64,000 nucleotides of DNA from assembly GCA_020343595.1 (NCBI GenBank), contig CP070802.1, forward strand, positions 132,989-196,988. Direction: 5' to 3'. Below are positions 19,055 to 28,827 of the stretch, piece by piece. Both the position numbers and the translations under genes were made by a program. The stretch comes from a candidate division WOR-3 bacterium. GTDB lineage: Bacteria > Hydrothermota > Tepidihabitantia > SM23-42. Position 1 is the first letter of the stretch, and each line of letters starts with the position of its first letter. Under the pieces are notes generated by a model. That model was given only the letters and a program-made list of their open reading frames with translations, had not been told where the DNA came from and ran no database searches.

Positions 19055-19653
19055 TGATTAAAATTAATCTGGCCCCAATCACGAAGAAAGGCCGTGCTCC
19101 TAAAGCAAGGGCACCTAGAGCTCCACGTCCAGGAATAAAGATCCCACCCATTCAGACCGCGATCGTGTACATCGCAGGCATTGTTATCGTAGCTTTGATC
19201 GTCATCGTTCTCCTTGTAACCCAGAATATACAGATGCGTAACTATAACGCCAATATCACTCAGCTGAATGCCAAACTCGACGAATTGAAGATCTACAAAG
19301 CGGCGGTCGATAGCCTCGAGACGCGAGAAAGGGAACTTGCAGCACTCATTTCGCCAATCAAACAGCTCAATAAAAACAGGTTCTTCATCGCGCATATCCT
19401 GGATGAGGTTTCAGCCCGCGTTCCGGATTTCACCTGGCTCACAATGCTTAACGCGGATTCTACAAACCTGGACATAAAAGGGATCGCTGCCTCAAATCTA
19501 CTCGTCGCCGATTTTATGAACCGACTCGAAGAATCACCCTACATATATAACGTTGACCTCTCTGTTCTTGAGAAAAAGGTAATCGAAAAACAGGAAATGA
19601 TGGAATTCACTCTGACGGCAAACGTCGGTCTTGACCCGGTAATCAGGAGGTAA
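19054..19653 (+). CDS. pilN: Type IV pilus assembly protein PilN
   Basis: Bitopic protein with one TM helix, in the PilM-PilO position. Its start overlaps the pilM stop. Confidence 0.7.
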   Translation: MIKINLAPITKKGRAPKARAPRAPRPGIKIPPIQTAIVYIAGIVIVALIVIVLLVTQNIQMRNYNANITQLNAKLDELKIYKAAVDSLETRERELAALISPIKQLNKNRFFIAHILDEVSARVPDFTWLTMLNADSTNLDIKGIAASNLLVADFMNRLEESPYIYNVDLSVLEKKVIEKQEMMEFTLTANVGLDPVIRR

Positions 19654-19655
19654 GC

Positions 19656-20231
19656 ATGAATCTAAGAGATCGAAAAACGCAGCAAATGGTAGTCTTCCTT
19701 GTCATACTTGTGGTGATACTCATTCTGTTCTTCCGGTTCCCGTACAAGGCGAACAGCGACAAAGTGGACATGCTTAAATCACGGCGCGATTCACTGCAGG
19801 TCGAAGTCCAGAAGGCGGAAGCGGCAAAGATCCGGTTGCCCGAGCTGCAGGAGAAGATTGCACGGCTTGAAGTTGAATGGGAAAGAGCAAAAGAGATGTT
19901 ACCCAAAGAAAAAGAGATACCTTCGCTCATACAACAGATATCAAATTCCGGGGCGAAGGCAGGTGTGAGTTTTCTGCTATTCAAGCCAAGCACAATAGTT
20001 CAGAAAATTAACTATTCCGAGATCCCGGTTCAGATCAGGGTCACGTGTGGCTACCATCAGTTGGGTAAATTCCTATCCAATGTCGGTAACCTGGCACGAA
20101 TCGTGAACGTTCCTGCGATAAGAATAACGGTAGGCAAAGATCGTGCCGTCGAAGCAGAGTTGAGAACACAGACTTATACTGTGGCAAAGGGAAAGGGGGT
20201 GCAAAGTGGTGTGCCAAGTCGTCGTCGGTAG
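19656..20231 (+). CDS. pilO: Type IV pilus assembly protein PilO
   Basis: Single TM helix followed by a coiled-coil region, in the conserved operon position. Confidence 0.65.
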   Translation: MNLRDRKTQQMVVFLVILVVILILFFRFPYKANSDKVDMLKSRRDSLQVEVQKAEAAKIRLPELQEKIARLEVEWERAKEMLPKEKEIPSLIQQISNSGAKAGVSFLLFKPSTIVQKINYSEIPVQIRVTCGYHQLGKFLSNVGNLARIVNVPAIRITVGKDRAVEAELRTQTYTVAKGKGVQSGVPSRRR

Positions 20232-20613
20232 TCTTCTATCTATTTTGTTAATCAATCAAACGCCAACTACACCACCTGCAGATACGTTATTCCCTGTTGA
20301 AAAATGGCAATACAATGTTAAAGGGAGACGTGATCCATTTGTGCCTCTGATAGGCACTGACTTATCCCCAGGCGGAAAGGCAAGTCACCTGAGCGTCGAG
20401 AATCTTACCCTCATCGGAATTCTGTGGGGCGAACGCGGATACTACGCGCTGGTCAAGGACGGCGTGAATCAAGGGTATATTCTCAAGAGAGGTGATCGTG
20501 TTGTCGGCGGAAAAGTCTCAGAGATCGTACGTGATGGAGTGATATTCGATCTGACACAAGCTGGGGTTGTAACCAAATATGAACTGAGACTTCAAGAAAA
20601 GGAAAGGAGGTAA
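20206..20613 (+). CDS. pilP: Type IV pilus assembly protein PilP-like
   Basis: Small protein placed between pilO and pilQ. GTG start 5 nt after GGGGGT. Confidence 0.5.
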   Translation: MVCQVVVGSLLSILLINQTPTTPPADTLFPVEKWQYNVKGRRDPFVPLIGTDLSPGGKASHLSVENLTLIGILWGERGYYALVKDGVNQGYILKRGDRVVGGKVSEIVRDGVIFDLTQAGVVTKYELRLQEKERR

Positions 20614-20616
20614 GAA

Positions 20617-22218
20617 ATGAGGAACGCAGTTGTCCTCGCTTTGTTAATTTCCCTGGCAAGCGGTGCGGTAATCAGCGATATTGTCATAACCCCAGAAGAC
20701 GTCAATACCAAGGTTATCATCAAAGCTGATGCACCATTTGTCGCCAATTCCTTTGCCCTAAAGGATCCATCGAGGATTGTGATCGATTGTTCGGGAGCTT
20801 CGAGCCCGCTGGTCGGTAAGAAATTCGCAGTGAACCGCGGCGGTATAAAGCAAATGTCGGTCACCGGATTCACAGAACAACCGGATCTCGTTCGAGTGGT
20901 CACGACCCTGGATCAAGATTATTCCTTCCTGACATCGACCGAAGGTAATGACTTCGTGCTGACGCTGCTCTCCGGAGGGTTGAATCCATTCACGGAATGG
21001 CAGGCAGGCGCAGCTGCTCCAGCTGCGACAATGGCGGGTGAAGAACCACAGCCGCCCATTCTACCAACACCAAAACCCACCTCCACGGTAACCGGACGCC
21101 CGATATCCTGTGATTTCGAAGATGCCGATATTCTCACCATACTGCGCGCCTTGTCCGAATACGCCGGTGTGAATATCGTTGCCGGAAAAGACGTTTCTGG
21201 CACGGTCACTGTCAGGCTGCATAATGTTCCCTGGCGTAAAGCGCTCGAAATCATTCTTCGCGCATCGGGCTACGCTTATCGAGAGGATCCGGGCGTGATC
21301 CGTGTCGACACCGCGGAAAATCTCGATAAACAGGACTACGATCTCCCGGTGAGTGCAAAGATCTACAAGTTGGAGTTCGCAGACCCTACCAGAATGCTCG
21401 ACAAGATAACGGCTATGCTCTCCCCTAAAGGTAAAGCGAATGTCGACATACGTACGAACTCAATTGTGGTAACCGAGGTTGCTCCGATACACGACCGCAT
21501 TACGCAACTTGTGAAATTACTCGATACACCGACGCCGCAGGTCGAGATCATGGTGCGTGTAGTGGACATGGATGCGACGATAACAAGATCATTGGGTATC
21601 CAATGGACACTGCAGGGACTCGAGAGCAGGATTCTGCGGGCTGATGTGCAAGCCAACCCTACACCGCAGGTGGCGGGTTTCGGTGTCTTCAACATCGGCA
21701 CGGTGCCATCATTCGCACAGGTCTCCGCAACTATCAACATGCTCGAGGAAACCGGGAAGGCTAACACTGTATCGGCTCCCCGTGTCTCGGCCATCGATAA
21801 CGAACCGGCATCAGTACTCGGTGGTCAGCGATTCGGTATTCCGACACTGGATATCTCGGGTAATACTGTGATCCAATTCTATGAAGTCGGCACCAAGTTA
21901 GAAGTTACGCCGCACATCAATTCACTTGAAGAGATCACAATGGATATTCATGCCGAGGTCAGTGAACTCGATCGTGCTTCGGCACTCGCCGGACGGCCGA
22001 TCATCACAACTTCTGAAGCCGAGTCAAAGGTTCTCGTTGCGGACGGTAATACGGTAGTAATCGGCGGTTTCATAAGAAGGAGAGAGACAAAGCAAGTACG
22101 CGGCATACCGATACTGAAAAGCATACCCATTCTGGGGGCGCTATTCAGAGAAACGACAACGGCAGTTGAGGACCGCGAATTGCTTATCTTTATTACACCG
22201 ACGATCATCCGGGGCTGA
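20617..22218 (+). CDS. pilQ: Type IV pilus secretin PilQ (AMIN domain + secretin)
   Basis: Signal peptide and AMIN-like N-terminal domain. C-terminal secretin motifs VVIGGFIRRRETKQVRGIPILKSIPILGALF. Confidence 0.85.
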   Translation: MRNAVVLALLISLASGAVISDIVITPEDVNTKVIIKADAPFVANSFALKDPSRIVIDCSGASSPLVGKKFAVNRGGIKQMSVTGFTEQPDLVRVVTTLDQDYSFLTSTEGNDFVLTLLSGGLNPFTEWQAGAAAPAATMAGEEPQPPILPTPKPTSTVTGRPISCDFEDADILTILRALSEYAGVNIVAGKDVSGTVTVRLHNVPWRKALEIILRASGYAYREDPGVIRVDTAENLDKQDYDLPVSAKIYKLEFADPTRMLDKITAMLSPKGKANVDIRTNSIVVTEVAPIHDRITQLVKLLDTPTPQVEIMVRVVDMDATITRSLGIQWTLQGLESRILRADVQANPTPQVAGFGVFNIGTVPSFAQVSATINMLEETGKANTVSAPRVSAIDNEPASVLGGQRFGIPTLDISGNTVIQFYEVGTKLEVTPHINSLEEITMDIHAEVSELDRASALAGRPIITTSEAESKVLVADGNTVVIGGFIRRRETKQVRGIPILKSIPILGALFRETTTAVEDRELLIFITPTIIRG

Positions 22219-22259
22219 TTTAAAAGAGAACCGTTGTTCAAGAAGCGGTTTAGTTTCTG

Positions 22260-22796
22260 ATGCGCATTGTTGGAGGGGCGTGTAAGAAACGCTCTTTGAA
22301 AGTACCCAAAAAGGGCATAAGACCGACCAAGGGTATTGTCCGCAGTGCAATATTCAACATTCTCGGTGAACAACATATGAACGCTGAAGTTCTCGATGTT
22401 TTTGCCGGCAGCGGTGCGCTGGGCATTGAGGCGATCTCGCGCGGAGCCAGGCACTGCATATTCGTGGAAAAAAAACCGCGCCATCTGCGTATGAACTTGA
22501 GCAAGCTCATATCTAAAAGCCAGGCGAGAATAGTCGCTGAAGATTTCCGCCGGGCCTTACGCAGACTCAAGAATCAAGAATTCGACGTGATCTTTGCCGA
22601 TCCTCCCTACAACAAGAACTACGTGCAGCTAACGTTGAACGAGATAGTCCGCTACGATTTACTGGCGCGCGAAGGCGTGGTCGTCATCGAACATTCACCA
22701 TCCGAGGAATTTACGATACCCGATACCCTCGAAAAGATCAAGCAGAGGAAATATGGTGATACTGCAATATCATTCTTTAAACACAGAAGGCACTGA
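22260..22796 (+). CDS. rsmD: 16S rRNA (guanine966-N2)-methyltransferase RsmD
   Basis: LDVFAGSGALGIEAISRGA and ADPPY motifs. Confidence 0.85.
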   Translation: MRIVGGACKKRSLKVPKKGIRPTKGIVRSAIFNILGEQHMNAEVLDVFAGSGALGIEAISRGARHCIFVEKKPRHLRMNLSKLISKSQARIVAEDFRRALRRLKNQEFDVIFADPPYNKNYVQLTLNEIVRYDLLAREGVVVIEHSPSEEFTIPDTLEKIKQRKYGDTAISFFKHRRH

Positions 22797-22874
22797 AATG
22801 ACGGACACTTGTAACACAGAAGGAATTCGGAACCCTGGACGTGGTTGCGATTCAATGCAGGGGTTGATAATGTT

Positions 22875-23354
22875 ATGAGTAAAGCAATATACGCAGGAAC
22901 TTTTGATCCCATTACCTATGGTCATATCGATGTGATATCACGTGCGACCAAATTCTTCGATCATGTCGTTGTCGGGGTCAGCGCCGGCCCGAAGACCACT
23001 CTTTTCACACACCGGGAAAGAACAGAATTGGTCAAGGCGGTATTCAAGGATGACAGCAATATCGAGGTGATCGGGTTCTCATCACTGCTCGTTGATTTCG
23101 CACGGAGCATCGGAGCGCAAGTGATTGTCCGCGGCATGCGCGCCGTTTCCGATTTTGACTACGAATTGCAGTTGACCCTCATGAACAGGAATCTGGAGCC
23201 GAAGATCGAAACCATCTTCTTGATGCCCGCGGAGAAATACATCTTTGTCAGCTCCTCCCTTGCCAAGGAAATCGCCGGACTGGAGGGCGACATTTCGAAG
23301 CTGGTTCCTCCCCTTGTAGCAAAAGCATTACACAAGAAGATCTTCAAGAAGTAG
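22875..23354 (+). CDS. coaD: Phosphopantetheine adenylyltransferase CoaD
   Basis: MSKAIYAGTFDPITYGHIDV carries the T/HxGH motif. The start was trimmed from 22845 to the ATG at 22875. Confidence 0.9.
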   Translation: MSKAIYAGTFDPITYGHIDVISRATKFFDHVVVGVSAGPKTTLFTHRERTELVKAVFKDDSNIEVIGFSSLLVDFARSIGAQVIVRGMRAVSDFDYELQLTLMNRNLEPKIETIFLMPAEKYIFVSSSLAKEIAGLEGDISKLVPPLVAKALHKKIFKK

Positions 23355-23361
23355 CTGCTCT

Positions 23362-23485
23362 GGGGTTAGATCTTGACTATTGACAAAAGCTGAGAGTAGA
23401 TAACCAGCAAAGTCTTCATATTCGGAAGCTCTGACGAACTTAACAAGTCCAGACCCAGTATTGTCAATAGTCAAGATCTAACCCC
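23362..23485. repeat. Palindromic element copy 1: perfect 25-bp terminal inverted repeats (GGGGTTAGATCTTGACTATTGACAA / reverse complement) flanking a 74-bp core
   Basis: IR-L at 23362-23386 and IR-R at 23461-23485 are exact reverse complements. A second copy with a different core sits at 61550-61677. Confidence 0.7.
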
Positions 23486-23542
23486 ACGGCTGATTTTCGA
23501 ATCGAAGTTGACTTCACGCCTATATTCGTTATACTTCACAGT

Positions 23543-24493
23543 ATGAAATTCGTCGATGAAGCAACCATTTTTGTTACCTCCGGAGCAGGTGGCAATGGTT
23601 GTATTTCATTCCGTCGTGAAAAATTCGTGCCCAGGGGCGGCCCCGACGGTGGTAACGGCGGCGACGGGGGGTCGGTATATCTGATGGGCAATAAAAAACT
23701 CGCAACGCTGTATGACCTCAAACTACGCCCGCATTACCGCGCCGGCCGTGGTCGGCACGGTAAAGGCAAGAATATGCACGGCAGGACAGGTGAAGATGTC
23801 TGTATTCAGGTTCCGCTTGGCGTTGCGGTTTTTGACAACGGCAGACTGATCGGCGAGGTAGTCGAAGCCGGCCAGAAGATCACTGTCGCCCAAGGGGGCA
23901 TTGGCGGCCGTGGTAACGCCCACTTTGTGACTTCGACTAATAGGGCACCGAGAGATGCCGAGGAAGGCCGCCCCGGCGACACGAAAAAGTTGAAGATCGT
24001 GCTGAAGATAATCTCTGATATCGGCATCGTTGGACTGCCAAATGCCGGTAAGTCGACGCTCCTGAAAGCCATGACCAATGCAAGACCAAAGATCGACAAC
24101 TACCCCTTCACAACGCTCAGTCCCAACCTGGGCGTCTTGCGTGATAACAAGAAGAATATCGTGCTCGCCGACATGCCGGGGATCATTGAAGGCGCACATC
24201 AAGGTAGAGGGATCGGGCTCCAATTTCTCAGACATATCGAGAGGACACACTTGCTGATACTGGTGGTTGACGCATCGGAAGCGGATCCGGTCGGTCAGTA
24301 TCGAGCGCTGATCAATGAATTCAGACAATACGATCCCAATCTGCTGAAGAAACCACGTATTCTGGTTTTCAATAAGATCGATCTTCTTGACCATAAGCCC
24401 ACTGTCCGGCTGAAGGAGAAGGTATTCTTCGTCTCTGCATTAGCGGGAACGGGCATCGATCGCCTGATTGACTATATTAGAAATGAGAATTAA
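23543..24493 (+). CDS. obg: GTPase Obg (ObgE/CgtA), short form lacking C-terminal extension
   Basis: MKFVDEATIFVTSGAGGNGCISFRREKFVPRGGPDGGNGGDGGSVY Obg fold, plus G1 GLPNAGKST and G3 DMPGIIEGA. Confidence 0.9.
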   Translation: MKFVDEATIFVTSGAGGNGCISFRREKFVPRGGPDGGNGGDGGSVYLMGNKKLATLYDLKLRPHYRAGRGRHGKGKNMHGRTGEDVCIQVPLGVAVFDNGRLIGEVVEAGQKITVAQGGIGGRGNAHFVTSTNRAPRDAEEGRPGDTKKLKIVLKIISDIGIVGLPNAGKSTLLKAMTNARPKIDNYPFTTLSPNLGVLRDNKKNIVLADMPGIIEGAHQGRGIGLQFLRHIERTHLLILVVDASEADPVGQYRALINEFRQYDPNLLKKPRILVFNKIDLLDHKPTVRLKEKVFFVSALAGTGIDRLIDYIRNEN

Positions 24494-25019
24494 ACTAAAA
24501 CACGACAAGGATTCCGTACTCAAAATACTGAAGTCCAATGATATAGAAAGAAAGCTGAAACTACTCGACAGAATCGACGGCGTTGATCCGAAAGAAAGTA
24601 TCAAGATCCTGATGAAGATGCTCGAAGATCAATCCTGGTCCATGCGCGAGCGAGCAGCCCGGAAACTTGTCACTTACGGTCGGAGGGTCTCGTCACGTCT
24701 GCAGCGCCTTCTCAATAAGGGCTACTGGTATACCCGCGCATCAGCTTGCCTTGCTCTTGGTGAAATCGGCGACCTGCGAACCCTGGAACCCGTCATACGG
24801 GTATTCCTCGATGACGAAAATCCCACGGTGATCAAGGAAGCGGGCGATGCGCTGGTCAAATTCGCCCGTAAGAAACCTGAAAAATTCGCCAAAAAACTTC
24901 TCGTCATCGAACTCCAGCCCAGTGAATTGCGAACCGTTCTTTTCACGTTGGAAAGAAATGATATCGAACTGTACAGTGAGATCAAAGAACTGGTCATGGA
25001 TGAAAGACGAGATATTTGA
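24483..25019 (+). CDS. HEAT-repeat (PBS lyase HEAT-like) protein
   Basis: Repeated LLxDxxWxVRxxAxxAL-like units. Overlaps the obg 3' end. Confidence 0.45.
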   Translation: MRIKLKHDKDSVLKILKSNDIERKLKLLDRIDGVDPKESIKILMKMLEDQSWSMRERAARKLVTYGRRVSSRLQRLLNKGYWYTRASACLALGEIGDLRTLEPVIRVFLDDENPTVIKEAGDALVKFARKKPEKFAKKLLVIELQPSELRTVLFTLERNDIELYSEIKELVMDERRDI

Positions 25020-26082
25020 AATACTACATCTTCTTTCCATCGATAAGCTGAAAATATCTGATCTACACACACTTATCAATAATTTTGGTTCATGTAGAGA
25101 TGTTGTGTGCGCATCCAAAAAAGATCTGCGCAAGATTGTTGGAGAAATAAGTGCAGCAGCGATCAGCGCTTTCGAAATTTCGGAGAGGCTACGCTTAAGG
25201 AAGCGCCAGCTTACCGAGATGGATGTTAGTATCGTACCTTATTATTCACCGCAATATCCCGGATGGCTAACATCGATAGATCATTTCCCTCCAGTGCTCT
25301 TCATACGCGGAAGCGTTCTGCAGCAGGACGAGCTTTCCGTTGCCGTCATCGGCACGAGAGGGGCAACCGTATACGGGAAGGAAATCGCCTGCAATTTCGC
25401 GGCCGAATTCGCGCTCGCCGGTCTTACCGTGGTCAGCGGAATGGCACGCGGCATCGATACCGAAGCACATCGCGGTGCTCTGCAGAACAGTGGGCGTACA
25501 ATAGCGGTTTTGGGATGCGGTGTTGATAGGTGTTACCCGCCGGAGAACAAAGCGCTAATGACCGAGATAATCTCATCCGGCGCCGTCATTTCCGAATTCA
25601 TTATCGGAACCCCACCCCTCGCTCATAACTTTCCGAGGCGCAACCGAATAGTGTCCGGACTAGCAAAAGCTGTGGTCGCAATTGAGGCAAAAGAAAAATC
25701 CGGCGTCATGAATACGGTGAAATGGGCGCTCGATCAAAATAAAGAAGTTTTTGCGGTCCCGGGTAACATATTTGCGAAGACCTCATATGGTACGAACCAG
25801 TTGATCAAAGAAGGAGCAACACCGGTTACCTCGCCCCACGAAGTGCTCGAATATCTCGGTGTGAAAAAATCGCAGAGGGAACCGGCTGCCAGGAAGATCT
25901 CCCTTGATGAAACCGAGAACATCATCTGGGAGGCCTTATCCTGTGAACCGATATTCCTCGATGCGCTCGCTGAAAAGCTCGATCAACCGACCAGCCGGAT
26001 TCTGAATATTCTGCTAAAGCTTGAGCTCAAAGGTTATATAAAGCAATTACCGGGTATGTCGTTCGTAAGGAAGTTCGAGTAG
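25000..26082 (+). CDS. dprA: DNA processing protein DprA (Smf)
   Basis: Rossmann-like DprA core (VAVIGTRGATVYG, VVSGMARGIDTEAHRGAL, PGNIF...). The start was trimmed to the ATG at 25000. Confidence 0.8.
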   Translation: MKDEIFEILHLLSIDKLKISDLHTLINNFGSCRDVVCASKKDLRKIVGEISAAAISAFEISERLRLRKRQLTEMDVSIVPYYSPQYPGWLTSIDHFPPVLFIRGSVLQQDELSVAVIGTRGATVYGKEIACNFAAEFALAGLTVVSGMARGIDTEAHRGALQNSGRTIAVLGCGVDRCYPPENKALMTEIISSGAVISEFIIGTPPLAHNFPRRNRIVSGLAKAVVAIEAKEKSGVMNTVKWALDQNKEVFAVPGNIFAKTSYGTNQLIKEGATPVTSPHEVLEYLGVKKSQREPAARKISLDETENIIWEALSCEPIFLDALAEKLDQPTSRILNILLKLELKGYIKQLPGMSFVRKFE

Positions 26083-26130
26083 ACTCCTCACATATACGTA
26101 CTACTATAACTAATTGAAATACAGGAAGAT

Positions 26131-27384
26131 CTATGTCCCCATCTTCCACGAAGACAGATAACGACGCTGTTCCGGCGTGAGCGTGTCAAATTTGATCCCC
26201 ATCGATTTCAACTTGAGACCTGCTATTTCCTGGTCTATTTCATCCGGCAGGCAATATACGCGCGTTTGGAGATCTGGCCGGGTCAAGATGTATTCAACTG
26301 CGAGTGCCTGATTAGCGAAAGACATATCCATTACCATTGCGGGGTGACCCTCAGCCGCAGCAAGATTGACCAGTCTTCCTTCGGCGAGGAGGTATATTCT
26401 CCTGCCGTTTTTCAACACGTGTTCTTCGCATGAATTTCGAATCTTACGTTTACGTTTCGTGATCTTTTTCAAAGCCTTCTTGTCTATTTCTACATCAAAA
26501 TGTCCCGAATTCGCGATGATCGCGCCGTCTTTCATTCTGAGCATGTGTTCTTTTCTGATTACGTTGATATCGCCGGTTACGGTGATGAAAATATCGCCTG
26601 ACCTGGCAGCATCAGACATTGGCAGAACCGTGTAGCCATCCATGCGAGCCTCGAGGGCTTTAACCGCATCCACTTCGGTCACGATCACGTGAGCACCCAT
26701 ACCCCTGGCCCGGAGCGCGAGGCCGCGGCCACACCAACCGTACCCAGCGACGACGAAGTTACTGCCGCTGATAAGGATATTCGTTGCCCGCAGGATACCG
26801 TCGAGCGTCGACTGGCCAGTTCCGTAACGGTTATCAAACAAGTGCTTGGTGAGTGAATCGTTGACCGCGATGATCGGGAATTGTAGAACGTCGTCTTTTT
26901 CCATCTGTTTCAGACGTATCACGCCGGTCGTCGTCTCTTCCGTTCCCCCGAGTATTCCACGCCTTCTCTTCTTATGTACCGTCGAAATAAGATCTGCACC
27001 GTCATCGATAAGAACTTCAGGTCTTCGTGCCAGCACCTTGTTCATGTTGAAGTAATACTCCTTACGAGAGTCGCCTCGACAGGCGTATACACTTATGTTT
27101 TCCTTTACCAGTGCAGCCGCAACGTCGTCCTGCGTGGACAGAGGATTGGATGCACATAATGCAACCTCGGCACCACCATCCCTCAGTGTCCTCATCAGAT
27201 TTGCCGTCTCGCTGGTAACGTGCAGACAGCAACCAATACGCCGGTTCCTGAGTGTCCTGGACTTCCTCATCCTCCTGCGGATCAATCCGAGCACTGGCAT
27301 CTTGGCATCTGCCCAGTCGATCCGTCGCTGACCTTCCGGAGCAAGCTTCGCGTTACGAATGTTATGGTTTACCATTTTTCTCAC
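26131..27384 (-). CDS. ahcY: Adenosylhomocysteinase
   Basis: Similar along its whole length, including the NAD-binding AGYGWCGRG motif. GTG start. Confidence 0.9.
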   Translation of the reverse strand: MRKMVNHNIRNAKLAPEGQRRIDWADAKMPVLGLIRRRMRKSRTLRNRRIGCCLHVTSETANLMRTLRDGGAEVALCASNPLSTQDDVAAALVKENISVYACRGDSRKEYYFNMNKVLARRPEVLIDDGADLISTVHKKRRRGILGGTEETTTGVIRLKQMEKDDVLQFPIIAVNDSLTKHLFDNRYGTGQSTLDGILRATNILISGSNFVVAGYGWCGRGLALRARGMGAHVIVTEVDAVKALEARMDGYTVLPMSDAARSGDIFITVTGDINVIRKEHMLRMKDGAIIANSGHFDVEIDKKALKKITKRKRKIRNSCEEHVLKNGRRIYLLAEGRLVNLAAAEGHPAMVMDMSFANQALAVEYILTRPDLQTRVYCLPDEIDQEIAGLKLKSMGIKFDTLTPEQRRYLSSWKMGT

Positions 27385-28526
27385 TTTCTACCCACCTCAT
27401 GTTTTATCGCTTCAGCCATATCGCACAATTCCCAGTTGAACCCCTCCTCCTCACGACCGAAATGCCCGTAGCACGCGGTTCGCCGGTATATCGGACGCCG
27501 CAGATTGAGTTTATCAATCATACCCTGTGGTGTGAAATCGAACAGCTTACGGACCACTGATATTATCAATGCGTCATCCACCGATGAGGTTCCGAAGGTG
27601 TTGACAGAGATCACAGTCGGCTCAGCTACTCCGATGGCATAGGACATAGATATCTCGGCCTTGTTGCATATTCCAGAGGCAACGATGTTCTTTGCGACAT
27701 ATCTAGCCATGTAGGCAGCAGACCGATCAACCTTTGTCGGATCCTTTCCCGAAAAACACCCGCCTCCATGATGACTAATACCGCCGTACGTATCGACCAT
27801 TATCTTCCGTCCGGTCAATCCTGTATCACCTTGCGGGCCACCCACAACAAAGCGCCCGGTCGGATTTATCAGTATCTTTGTCTTTTCATCAATTAGCTTG
27901 CCGGAAATGACGTCTTCAATTACCAGTTTCTTCATATCAGAATGCAGCTTTTCGTTGCTGACATCAGGATGATGCTGAGCCGATAGGATTACGGTGTCGA
28001 TCCTGAATGGCTTGCCGTTCCTGTATTCGACCGTGATCTGTGACTTGCCATCCGGATGCAGATAATCGACAACGTTCGTCTTTCTTATCTCGCTAAGTCT
28101 TCGCACGAGGTCGTGCGCGATGGCGATAGGCGCGGGCATGAACTGCGGAGTTTCATCGGTCGCATACCCGTACATCATGCCCTGATCACCCGCCCCGCCT
28201 ATATTGACACCCATGGCGATATCGCTCGACTGTTCCTGAATTGCAGATATGACCGAGCATGTGTTGGCGTCAATGCCCATATCAGAATCTGTGTAACCTA
28301 TTTCGAATAGCAGAGCACGTACGATCTCCGGGATATCTACGTAACAATTCGTCGAGATCTCACCGGCGACAAATATCATACCACGGGTCGCCAGCGTCTC
28401 GCAAGCAACACGGCCAAACGGATCTTTTTCAAGGATCGCGTCCAGGATAGCATCTGAAACCTGGTCGCAGATCTTATCTGGATGCCCCTCAGTAACTGAT
28501 TCAGATGTAACAAAAAAGTTCTCCAT
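27381..28526 (-). CDS. metK: S-adenosylmethionine synthetase
   Basis: [25 protein letters not shown] and [16 protein letters not shown] signatures. RBS GGAGGAAA precedes it. Confidence 0.95.
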   Translation of the reverse strand: MENFFVTSESVTEGHPDKICDQVSDAILDAILEKDPFGRVACETLATRGMIFVAGEISTNCYVDIPEIVRALLFEIGYTDSDMGIDANTCSVISAIQEQSSDIAMGVNIGGAGDQGMMYGYATDETPQFMPAPIAIAHDLVRRLSEIRKTNVVDYLHPDGKSQITVEYRNGKPFRIDTVILSAQHHPDVSNEKLHSDMKKLVIEDVISGKLIDEKTKILINPTGRFVVGGPQGDTGLTGRKIMVDTYGGISHHGGGCFSGKDPTKVDRSAAYMARYVAKNIVASGICNKAEISMSYAIGVAEPTVISVNTFGTSSVDDALIISVVRKLFDFTPQGMIDKLNLRRPIYRRTACYGHFGREEEGFNWELCDMAEAIKHEVGRK

Positions 28527-28827
28527 TTTCCTCCTTACTCATGTATTATAGACAAATCTTCCGCGAATTCAAGGTCCTATCTGTTACCCGTGTTTCAAAG
28601 ATCTACATGCTTGGATGTTAAGCAGGGCAGACAATGGTAACTCAGACTCCAGGCCAATACATGCATTGACATATCACCGATTTCGATTAATCTCAGCAAA
28701 TCGCGTATTAACAAGATTCCCGTTGAAATACCTCGAACGATGAGCGGTGTGAGAATGGATGTGAGAAGTTATTGATACAGTCCATTACCATATGCTAGAC
28801 AAATGTTCGATTGAAAAGGGGGAGATA

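Noticed and set aside
23362-23485. Integron attC site or CRISPR-like repeat interpretation of the inverted-repeat elements
   Set aside because: There is no intI and there are no 7-bp core sites of the GTTRRRY type. There are only two copies, each with inward-facing inverted rather than direct repeats, and no cas genes.
28527-28791. SAM riboswitch upstream of metK
   Set aside because: A TTGAAT-N16-TATAAT promoter sits ~20 nt upstream of the metK RBS, leaving no room for a riboswitch aptamer. No SAM-I-like conserved segments were seen on the minus strand.
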